Shown in pieces: positions 22,616 to 33,520 of a stretch of DNA of 64,000 nucleotides; position 1 is the first letter of the stretch; each line of letters starts with the position of its first letter. The position numbers and the translations under genes are program-made. The DNA is from Pristiophorus japonicus (Eukaryota). The notes beneath the pieces were generated by a model. It worked only from the letters and a program-made list of their open reading frames with translations, was not told the DNA's origin and searched no databases. The stretch is from positions 1 through 64,000 of the forward strand of contig NW_027250770.1 in assembly GCF_044704955.1 (NCBI RefSeq), given 5' to 3'.

Positions 22616-25600
22616 ACATTCACGCAAATAGTATAACTATTGACAATGGGAGTCGATCTGGGGCCCTTATTGTCCTGGTTGATCATCTCGGTGTGAAAGC
22701 TGGTGTAGTTGAATCATTTGTTGGGCCCTCGCTGGGCTGCTGTGCAGCTGGCCTTGCTGGGCTGCCTGGTGTGTTGTCCCCTGCAGGGCTGCTGTGGGTG
22801 ATGGGTTCTGCTTCATGATCAACGTGGTGTCAGTTCCCACTAGTGTGTGTGTTGGTGCATCAAAAAAGGTAGGGTCCAATGTGGGTTGCTCAGGATAGTC
22901 CGTGAATCCGAGTTTGATTTGGTCCAAGTGTTTCCGGTGAATGATTGCATTTGAAAGTTTGACCCGACACACCCTGCTCCCCTCTTTGGCCACGATAGTG
23001 CCGGGAAGCCACTTGGGACCTGGTCCATAATTTAATACAAATACAGGATCATTGAATTCAATCTCGCGTGACACATTTGTGCTGTCATGGTGCGCACTTT
23101 GTTGAAGCCGCCTGCTCTCTACCTGTTCATGTATTTCAGTGTGTACTAACAAGAGCCTTATCTTAAGTGCTCTTTTCATGAGCAGTTCAGCAGGTGGGAT
23201 CCCAGTGAGCGAGCAGGGTCTCGTGCGATAGCTGAGCAGGACTCGGGATAAGCGAGTCTGGGGTGAGCCTTCAGTGACCCTCTTCAAGACTTGCTTGATG
23301 GTTTGCATTGTTCTCTCTGCCTGACCATTGGACGCTGGTTGACACGGCGCAGATTTGACATTCTTGATCCCGTTATGGTTCATGAATTCTTTGAACTCAG
23401 CATTGGGAAAACATGGCCCGTTGTCGTTCAACAGAACATCGGGTAAGCTGTGTGTGGCAAACATGTCCTGCAGGCTTTCAGTGGTGACAGCAGACTTGCT
23501 AGCCGACATTATCTCACATTCAATCCACTTGGAGTATGCGTCTACAACCACAAGGAACATTTTACCAAGCATGGGCCGGCATAGTCGACGTATACCCTAG
23601 ACCACGGTTTGGAGGGCCAAGACCTTAAACATAGAGGCGCCTCCCTGGGTACATTGCTTAACTGCGAGCATGCGTTACATCTGTGAATGCAGGACTCTAA
23701 GTCCGCATCGATACTGTGCCACCACACGTGGGATCTGCCTATCACTTTCATCAGTATGATGCCTGTGCGGGTACTTGGAGGTAATTGATGAAGGTGCCTC
23801 TGCCCTTCTTGGGGACCACTACTCGATTGCCTCACAGCAGGCAGTCTGCCGATATAGACATTTCATCTTTGCGCCACTGGAATGGCTTTATATCTTCCTG
23901 CATTTCCACTGGGACACTGGAACAACTCTCGTGAAGCACACAGCTTTTGACTAAGGATATAAGAGGTCCTGCTTGTCCTGTGATGGGTGATTGCTCACTC
24001 TCAAATGCTTCCATAACCTTGGCTATATCTGCAGGCTGCCCATTTCCACCCCCGTGGTGGGCAATGGCAGCCTACTGAGAGCATCGGCGCAGTTTTCTGT
24101 GCCTGGCCTGTGGCGGATGGCATGGTTGGATGCGGACAACATGAACGGCCATCTCTGGATGCGGGCTGATGCGTTTGTATTTATCCCTTTACTCTCGGAA
24201 AACAGGGGTATAAGTGGCTTATGTTCAGTTTCTAATTCGAATTTTAGCCCAAACAGATATTGATCCATTTTCTTTACCCCACAGACACGCGCTAACACTG
24301 CGTTTCCAGTCATGCTGCAGACAGACTCCGTAGACAGACTCCTGGATGCATAAACCACCGGTTGCAGTTTCCTGAAATCATTAGCTTGTTGCAATACACA
24401 CCCGACACCGTATGACAACGCATCACATGCTCGCACCAAACGTTTACATGGATCATACAACACAGGCAATTTGTTCGAGCATCACAAGTTTCTCGCTTTT
24501 ATAAAGGCACTTTTTTGGATTTTGCCCCAAACCCATTCGCCCCTTTTCTCGTGAGACATGGAGTGCTTCTAGCAGGGTGCTGAGACCCGGTAAGAAGTTA
24601 CCAAAGTAATTCAAGAGTCCCAGGAATGACCGCAGCTCTGCCACGTTCTGTAGTCTCGGTGCGTTCTCGATTGCCTCCGTCTTCGCTTTGATGGGTCTGA
24701 TGTGGTCCGCCGTATTCCTCCTTCCCAAGTAGTCCACTTCAGGCGGCAGGAAAACGCACTTTGAGCATTTTAAGGTGAGCCCCATGCGGTTGAGTCGACT
24801 AAGAACCTCCTCCAGATTCTGCAGCTGCTCGTCTGTGTTCCGACCTGTGTACAAGTTGTCGTCCTGGAAGACCACGGTGTGCGGGACCGACTTCAGTAAA
24901 CTTTGTATGTTTCTCTGGAATATCGTCGCCACCGATCGAATTCCAAACGGGCATCTGTTACAAACAAAAATACTTTTGTGCGTGTTGATGCCGGTGAGAG
25001 CCTTCAATGATTTCTCCAGTTCCTACCTCAAGTAGGCTGAGGTCAGATCCAGCTTCGTGAACGCCTTTCCTCACGCCAGCGCTGCAAAGAGGTCGTCGGC
25101 TTTTGGAAGTGGGTATTGATCCTGCAGGGAGAAACGATTGATAGTTACTTTGTAATCGCCACAGATTCTGACATTGTTGTCTCCCTTGAGGACTGGAACT
25201 CTCTCGCCTTCTATCTCACTCTCGCCTTCTCTCTCTCTCTCTCTGTTTCTCTCTCTCTCTCACTCTCTTGATCGGTGAGATGAGGCCCTCGCTTTGTAGC
25301 TGGTCGAGCTCGATTTCTACCCTTTTCTCTCATCATGTGCAGTACTGCTTTCACCTTGTGATGGATGGGCCGTGCCCCCGGAATTAGGTGGATCTGCACT
25401 TTTGCTCCTTGGTATTTCCCAATGCCTGATTCGAACAGCGAAGGAAATTTGTTTAAGACCTGTGCCCATGGAGTGTCGTCAGCGGGCGATAGCTCTCGGA
25501 TGTCGTCCAAGTTCCAGCGTATCTTTCCCAGCCAGCTCCTGCCGAGCAGCATGGGACCATCGCCCGGTAACAAGCAGAGTGGTAGCTTGTGCACCGCTCC

Positions 25601-26782
25601 ATCGTAGGAGAACTTTATGGTAGCACTGCCTATTACAGGAATCAGTTCTTTCGTGTAAGTTCTTAGTTTCGTGCGAACTGGAGTTTTGACTGGGCTTGAG
25701 GCCTTGTTGCACCACAAAATTTCGAAAGTCTTTTCGCCCATGATGGACTGGCTCACCCATGTGTCCAGCTCCATTGACACCGGGAGTCCATTTAGTTCAA
25801 CAAGTTCAACATTCAGCATTATCGGTGGACAATTCGTGGTGAATGTTTGCACTGCATGTATCTCTGCCTCCTCGGTCTGAGGCTCTGGTTCATCGTGATC
25901 CTCTGTGGATATGTTCTCCTCTGCAACATGGTGGTTTGCAGGTTGAAGAAGTTTTGCAGCTTGCCTGCACACTCGTTGGACATGTCCCATTGTTGCACAG
26001 CCCTTGTAAACGTACTCTTTGAATCGGCATCAATGGAATCGATGACTACCACGTCAGCGCCAACAAGATGTTAATGGCCTTGCCTTCATCATCTTTGATG
26101 ATGGACTTTGAGTCATCTGCGGACGTGCAGCTGCAGGTATGTTTGACCTGCCCTGTACATTATGATTCAAAAACAGCATCAATTTGTTCACAGTACTTGG
26201 AGCAGCACTTGTGTGTTGAGAGATTTGCTTCGTATTGTCACTGATGGCAATGTACGCCTGGGTTATCGCTGTGGCCTTACTCAAGGTTGGGGTCTCTACA
26301 GTCAAAAGTTTGCGAAGTATAGTCTCGTGGCCAATGCCAATTATGTATAAGTCTCCGAGCATATGCTCCAAATGTCCTTCAAATTCGCAATGTCCAGCAA
26401 GGCTTCTTAGCTCGGCGAAATAACACGGCACTTCCTGGCCTTCAGACCTTTTGTAGTTATAGAACCAGTACCTCGCCATCAGAACGCTTTCCTTCGCGTT
26501 CAAATGCTCTCGGACCAGTGTGCACAAATCGTCATACGATTTCTCTGTGGGTTTCGCTGGAGAAAGCAGATTCTTGATGAGGCCATACGTTGGTGCCCCA
26601 CAGACGGTGAGGAGGATCGCCCTTCATTTGGCAGTGCTCTCTTCCCCATTCAGCTCGTTGGCCACGAAGTATTGATCGAGTCGCTCCACAAATGTTTACT
26701 AAACTTCTCCCTCCGAGAATTTCTCCAGGATGCTCACTGTTCTCTGCATCTTTGGGTTCGCTGTTTGTATCTTGCGGCCGGT

Positions 26783-26994
26783 TGGTGTGTATGGAGAAAG
26801 CGTCAGACTGAACACTGTGAGCTCAAAGTAAAGTGTGACCTTAGTCTTTTATTGCAGGTCTCCAGAGTGCCTATCAAACCTGTGAAGCCTCCTTAAATAC
26901 GTGTGACCCCAAGGGATTATGGGATCCCTTGGAACCCCAGGGGATGAGCCCTCTGGTGGCTGTACAGAGTAAATACAAGCACACCTCTTTAACA
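26783..26994 (-). repeat. 5' LTR (~210 bp)
   Basis: Direct repeat of 22404-22615; minus-strand AATAAA and TATTTAA; degenerate PBS-like sequence adjacent at ~26771-26781. Confidence 0.88.
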
Positions 26995-27529
26995 CTCTCG
27001 ATATTCAGTAAGACAAGGAATTAGCTAGAAGCTTACAACCATAAATCTCTTTGTTCCCATGCTCCATTGAAAGTTTTACCATTTATTGTACATTTCCTCC
27101 CTTTACTTTCCACCCAAAATCTATCACAGCACATTTCTCTGCATTAAATTTCATTTCACATCTACCTGCCCCAATTACTAACCTGTGTATTGACAATGAA
27201 AGCACTTAACCTCCACTTCACAATTGGCCATGGGACCTTTCTGGCGTTCCCTAGAGATTTCAATCACGTGTCCCATATACCCAAGCCCAGATCATTTCTC
27301 TGTGATGGGCGGCACTGTGAGCAGTGGTGCTGTGAGGGGCGGCCCTGTGAGAGAATAGCCGAACTCTCAGGCCTGAGCCCAAACCTGAAGCAAATCCTAG
27401 TTCCCAGACTGTAACAATAAACCCTAAATAATCCCAAACATGAACAGAGCATCCGATAACAAAAAAGAAGTAACCAGAACAGAAAGAATCATACTCTTAA
27501 TTCAAATAATTTAAAATAATGAAAATAAC

Positions 27530-28070
27530 TGACCCGAACTCCAGACCCTATCCCTCATAAACCTATAGGTAAAACTTGTAAACACAGACCCCAGCCCCAA
27601 AACCAAATCCTAACCCAGGACCATAAAATTAACTCGAGCCCCAAGAATTCATTTTTCCAGACTCCAGCCCCAAAACCGAGTTCGGCCCCAACTCCCTAAG
27701 AACGAACCCTAAGCAGAAGTTTAAAATCTAGCCCCCAGCCCCAAATCCTAACCCTAAAACTAAATCCTAACCCTCAGAAACCTAAACCCAAAACTTGTAA
27801 ACACAGACTCCTACCCCAAAACCAAACCCTAACCCAGGACCCGAACCCCCCTAAAATCTAACCCTAACATAAAACATAACAGTGCAGACCACAACCCAAA
27901 AACCCCAACCCTAACTCTGGATCCTAATCCCTTGAAACCGAACCCTAACCTAATGCTGCACGGCCCACACCACAGCTTCCAAACTCAGTCCTAACCCCAG
28001 ACACTAGATCCCCAAGACTGAACCCTAACCTAAAATATATTAATGCAGACCCTAACCCCAAGTCCTTTCT
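27530..28070. repeat. Degenerate telomere-like (CCCTAA)-rich tract with ~220-bp higher-order duplication
   Basis: Numerous aaccctaac / cctaaccc motifs; 27571-27622 recurs at 27790-27842. Confidence 0.6.
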
Positions 28071-28389
28071 CTAAATGCCCCTAACTTTACACCCACCCCT
28101 TGCCTCCGCCTCATGGAAGCAGGAGTTAAACAGAAATGTGTGTAAAACAGAGTGCCAAGCCGCCCTGCCCCGAGTAGACCAGGAACCAGAAGGGCCCACA
28201 ACAATCGGGTACAATAGATGACACAGCGAACCAAATCAGGAATAAAACAAAAGACTGGACTGAACGAAGACAGTAATAACAAAAACAGAACAGAACTAAC
28301 CCGCAAACTATAACAAAACCAAAAAAAGTACAAAACAAAAATAAATTTACAAATGTTTTAAAAATGATTTACTAAAATCAAAAAAACAT

Positions 28390-28875
28390 TTTTACAGGAA
28401 GTAAGGGGAAAATGGGATAGAAAAAACTTAAAAGAGAGAAGCAAACTGTCAAAAATCAAAACATTAGACCCCCCACAAAAAATCCCAACCCTGAACCACG
28501 GGCATTCAACCAGGTGACGCATCACACACTACACACAAACATGAACAAAAAGGGGGAGGAACTCCACATTTGTACCTAACAAACAGGGAGGACCACTGAT
28601 CACACAGACTCAACAGAAAAACAAGAACCATAACTCCAGACAAAGCTCAGGATTAACACCTTATCACTGCGAGGGAGGAGGTTTAAATCGTTTATTTCCC
28701 ACCTCCCAAACCTTCTCGTTCCGACTGACCTGGTGGAAGGTGGAGCTCTAAACTCTCCATAACCTCTCACTGTAAGTTTCTCGATCTGATACCCTCTGAC
28801 CCTTGAGCCCCACAACCCGCTTGCTTTTCCTGGTCTCTGATGAAGCCCCAGTAAGGGCGAAACATTTGGCCTCTC
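28390..28875 (+). mobile_element. Putative Penelope-like element 3' remnant
   Basis: Decayed peptides 'RKNLKER' and 'KLRINTL../EGGGLN' resemble GIY-YIG endonuclease motifs and are followed by a hammerhead motif; weak, by eye. Confidence 0.4.
28831..28871 (+). ncRNA. Minimal type I hammerhead ribozyme-like motif (probably decayed)
   Basis: GGUC-U-CUGAUGA-A-GCCC-CAGUAA-GGGC-GAAAC-AUUU-GGCC: core boxes at 28837-28843 and 28859-28862, 4-bp stem II, stem I GGUC/GGCC. Confidence 0.6.
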
Positions 28876-29051
28876 GACTATAATTAGCCATCAAGACGAT
28901 GGATCATGAAGTGAGGATAAACCCCACCCCATCCCCACCAAAAACCCCAACTTACTTTTCTCCCCCAACCCTTGGGAAACTTCTCCCTCACTCTCCCCAC
29001 ACTTCCAACCCACCGTGTCAGTCTTTTTCTTGAAAAAAAAGCCTCTCTCTC

Positions 29052-29307
29052 ATTTGAGAAGGAATTTTTTCTCCCAGTGGTTCTGAATCTGTGGAATTCT
29101 CTGCCCAAGGAAGCAGTAGAGGCTAGCTTATTGAATATATTCAAGTCACAGATAGATGTTTAACCAATAAGGGAATTAAAGATTATGGGGAGAGGGCGGG
29201 TAATTGGAGCTGAGTCCACGGCCAGATCAGCCATGATCTTATTGAATGGCGGAGCAGGCTCGAGGGGCTAGATGGCCTACTCCTGTTCCTAATTCTTATG
29301 TTCTTAT
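29052..29307 (+). mobile_element. CR1 3' end with (TTCTTATG)n tail
   Basis: FFLPVVLNLWNSLPKEAVEASLLNIFK, 3' UTR and tail. Confidence 0.85.
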
Positions 29308-29429
29308 TTCCCTTCTTAACAAAAGATGTTCTGCATACCAGCTCTAATTGTACTGCTATTTAGAACTAGTAGGATAAGCGTTTGGTGCGGGACTGATATT
29401 TCTCTGCTCCCCGTCCCCCGCTGCCCAAC

Positions 29430-30241
29430 AGAAAACTATTGCCATCGAACCACTACGTACACGCACACCTCGAGGGTCACCTCGAGTCTCGTCGCCGAGA
29501 GCATGCAGAAATCTAGCGCAGGCAGCGGAAGGAGCACGCGGCAAACCAGCCCCACACTCCCGTACAATCACCGACTGTCTGACCCATCCGTGACAGGGAC
29601 TGTGATTCTCGTATTGGACTGTTCCTCATAGGCAGTCCCTCGGAATGGAGAAAAACTTGCATTCATTCGTAAAATGAGTTCTTAGGTGGCTGCACAGTCC
29701 AATCCGAGAACCACAGTCCTTGTCACAGGTGGAACAGACAGTGGTTGAGGGAAAGGATGGGTGGAACGGGTTTGCCGCACGCTCCTTCCTCTGCCTGCGT
29801 TTGATTTCAGCATGCTCTCGGCGACGAGACTCGAGCTGCTCAGTGCCCTCCCCGATACACTTCCTGCCCTGAGGGCGGTCTTTGGCCAGGGACTCCCAGG
29901 TGTCAGTGGAGATATTGCACTTTATCACGGAGGCTTTGAGGGTGCACTTGCAACGTTTATTCTGCCCAACTTTGGCTCGTTTGCTGTGAAGAAGTTCAGA
30001 GTAGAGCGCTTGCTTTGGGAGTCTCGTGTCGGGCAGGCCAACACTGTGGCCTGCCCAGCGGAGCTGATCGAGTGTGGTTAGTGCTTCAACCCTGGGGATG
30101 TTGGTCTGGTCGAGTTAGTGCCACTGTCCTCCCAGGGGATTTGCAGGATCTTGCGGATCCTCGACTGTTCAGTCACCTGAGAATTCACTTTTAGAATGGA
30201 AGCAAGTCTTCCTCGATTCCCAGAACTGCCTGTGATGATGA
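29430..30241. mobile_element. RTE/BovB-type LINE 3' fragments: + copy (29430-29625, tail 30160-30241) interrupted by a - copy (29626-30150)
   Basis: TWESLAKDR...RREHAEIKRRQRKER...CSTCDKDCGSRIGLCSHLRTH zinc finger; (GAT)n tail; 'gactgttc' occurs at both junctions. Confidence 0.8.
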
Positions 30242-30744
30242 CACACACATGATTTCAGAAAATAAATTTTAAAACAATCAAAGGAAAAAGTGCTTCCTAA
30301 GTTCTCCCTCCCCTCCCCCCACGTGGTGCTCCAACGTGGCATGGACTCTGATCAACCCGCTCAGACTATTAACAATTAAAATAATCCCACCTTCCCCATC
30401 CTACAACCGAATTAATCATTAAAACAATCCTCACCCAAATACAGACATTGTTAAAATAAATACAAAAATAACAAAAAACAACTAATAACATTTAAAATCT
30501 TCAAAATACAAATCAGCACATCAACGTACATCAATCAATCTTCCCGAAAGAAGGTAATAGCAATTTAAAATCAACCACCTTCAAAATCCGGAGACAAATC
30601 CCTTCGCCGGGAACAACACTGCACCCTCGGCCCAACCTTAATTCCAGCCTGAGGCTTTTAATCGGCACTAGGCCCGAAAATAACCAACAACGAAGTGGCC
30701 CGACTATTCGATCCATAAAAGCCACAAAAATTAAAGAGCCCACC

Positions 30745-31735
30745 CCCCACACACAACATAACCGAAACCCCCACACACACACAACCGAACCGAGACACCC
30801 CCACACACACACACAACCGAACCGAGACACCCCCCACACACACACAACCGAACCGAGACACCCCACACACACACACAACATAACAGAGACACCCCACACA
30901 CAACCGAACCGAAACCCCACACACACAACCGAACCGAGACACCCCCCACAAACACACAACATAACAGAGACCACACACACAACCTAACCGAGACCCCCCC
31001 CACACACACAACCTAACCGAGACCCCCCCCACACACAACCTAACCGAGACCCCCCCCACACACACAACCTAACCGAGACCCCCCCCACACACAACCTAAC
31101 CGAGACCCCCCACACACACACAACCGAACCGAGACACCCCCCACAAACACACAACATAACAGAGACCACACACACAACCTAACCGAGACACCCCACACAC
31201 ACACAACCTAACCGAGACACCCCACACACAACCTAACCGAGACCCCCCCCACACACAACCTAACCGAGACCCCCCCCACACACAACCTAACCGAGACCCC
31301 CCCCACACACAACCTAACCGAGACCCCCCCCACACACAACCTAACCGAGACCCCCCCCACACACAACCTAACCGAGACCCCCCCCACACACAACCTAACC
31401 GAGACTCCCCACACACACAACCTAACCGAGACACCCCACACACAACCTAACCGAGACACCCCACACACAACCTAACCGAGACACCCCACACACAACCTAA
31501 CCGAGACACCCCACACACACAACCTAACCGAGACACCCCCCACACACAACCTAACCGAGACACCCCACACACACAACCTAACCGTGACACCCCACACACA
31601 ACCTAACCGAGACCCCCCACACACACAACCTAACCGAGACACCCCACACACACAACCTAACCGAGACACCCCACACACACAACCTAACCGAGACACCCCA
31701 CACACACAACCTAACCGAAACCCCCCACACACAAG
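30745..31735. repeat. ~25-30-bp minisatellite (cacacacaacctaaccgagacacccc)n
   Basis: More than 30 tandem copies. Confidence 0.92.
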
Positions 31736-31877
31736 CTATCCCAGAGCCCTCCTTCCCGCACACAACCTATCCGAAATCCCACAGCAAGGTCCATTTGCAC
31801 AAAATCAAAAATACATTTCGTTTTCAAAAAAATAAAATCGGCGTTCCCAGCAAAACAAAAGGCCCCAACAAACGGAG

Positions 31878-32930
31878 GTCATCATCGTCATAGACAGTCC
31901 CTCGGAATCGAGGAAGACTTGCTTCCACTCTAAAAATGAGTTCTCAGGTGACTGTACAGTCCAATACGAGAATTACAGTCTCTGTCACCGGTGGGACAGA
32001 CAGTGGTTGAGGGAAGGGGTGGGGAGTCTGGTTTGCTGCATGCTCCTTCCACTGTCTGCACATGATTACTGCATGTTCTCTGTGATGAGTCTAGAGGTGC
32101 TCAGCACCCTCCAGGATGCACTTCCACTTAGGGCGGACTTTGGCCAGGGACTCCCAGGTGTCAGTGGGGATGTTGCATATTATCAGGGGGGATTTGAGGG
32201 TGTCCCTGTAACGTTTCCTCTGCCCACCTTTGGCTCGTTTGCCGGGAAGGAGTGCTGAGTAGAGCGCTTGCTTTGGGAGTCTTGTGTCTGACGTGCGGAC
32301 AATGTGGCCTACCCAGCGGAGCTGATCAAGTGTGGTCGGTGCTACAGTGCTGGGGATGTTGGCCTGGTCGAGGACACTGATGTTGGTGCATCTGACTCCC
32401 AGGGGATTTGTAGGATCTTGCGGAGTCATCATTGGTAGTATTTCGCCAGCGATTTGAGGTGCCTACTGTACATGGTCCATGTCTCTGAGACATACAGGAG
32501 GGTGGGTATCACTACAGCCCTGTAGACCATGAGCTGGGGGTGAGATACCTACTGTACATGGTCCATGTCTCTGAGACATACAGGAGGGTGGGTATCACTG
32601 CAGCCCTGTAGACCATGAGCTGGGGGTGAGATACCTACTGTACATGGTCCATGTCTCTGAGACATACAGGAGGGCGGGTATCACTACAGCCCTGTAGACC
32701 ATGAGCTGGGGGTGAGGTGCCTACTGTACATGGTCCATGTCTCTGGGCCATACAGGAGGGTGGGTATCACTACAGCCCTGTAGACCATGAGCTGGGGGTG
32801 AGATACCTACTGTACATGGTCCATGTCTCTGAGACATACAGGAGGGCGGGTATCACTGCAGCCCTGTCGACCATGAGCTTGCTGGCAGATTTGAGGAACT
32901 GATTTTCGAACACTCTTTCACTCAGCCACC
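31878..32930 (-). mobile_element. RTE/BovB-type LINE 3' fragment with internal 5 x 86-bp tandem repeat (32462-32880)
   Basis: LLYVSETWT, QLRWVGHIVR..DTRLPKQALYS, GGQRKRYRDTLK; unit starts at 32462, 32548, 32634, 32720, 32806. Confidence 0.88.
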
Positions 32931-33520
32931 GCTCTCTCCAACCCAGACAAATAATCAACGGACCCACTCTCCACAACCTAAAGAATTAGCAAGCCCATCA
33001 AATCCCACCTCCCCCCTCCCGCCCCCATGTAACTGAAACTTAATCCACAAATGTTTAAATGAATAAAATGGGAAGACACAGACTCAGGAACACACGGCTC
33101 CACGCTGTGACCAATCAACATTCAGCCAAACAACAGCAACAGCCTCCGTTTCCAACAGGCAGATTCCACAGGATCCTTCAACGGCTTAAACAATAACAAT
33201 AACTCCCCAATTAACATCCATAACTTAGAACACCGGGAATAATATTATTAATAAATCCAAAACATACTATTGACTTACTTACAATTAATACGTTCCCTAA
33301 CTTACAGACACCAATTGGATAAAGAGTAAGGAACTAACAACCCACATAAAAACCAATTTTAAACGACAAACACAAACAGACCCCCACCCCAAAAATAATA
33401 ACCCTGCCGAAACCAACAACATCATAAGAGGGACTGCATATAAACACAACCCAATCTCCATCAACTTAATCTCTTGGCACAATTCAATTTACCATCAATT
33501 TAATTATTAATAAAACACTT

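Larger units (their letters stand above)
22404..26994 (-). mobile_element. Decayed Ty3/gypsy LTR retrotransposon with both LTRs
   Basis: Minus-strand order gag (26054-26527), protease (MELDTWVSQS, degenerate DTG), RT (VFQDD, 24453-25007), RNase H (CDALSYGVGCVL, ADALSRLP), integrase (VVVDAYSKW, SNGQAER); broken by frameshifts; a (CT)n tract at ~25200-25268 interrupts pol. Confidence 0.93.

Noticed and set aside
22667-26527. Gypsy ORFs as a functional or domesticated gene
   Set aside because: Multiple frameshifts, degenerate protease active site, microsatellite inside pol, diverged LTRs
30531-31835. Cys/Gly/Val-rich ORFs
   Set aside because: Translations of the minisatellite
32930-33520. NUMT suggested by G-poor strand bias
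   Set aside because: No recognisable mitochondrial gene, tRNA or rRNA motif by eye
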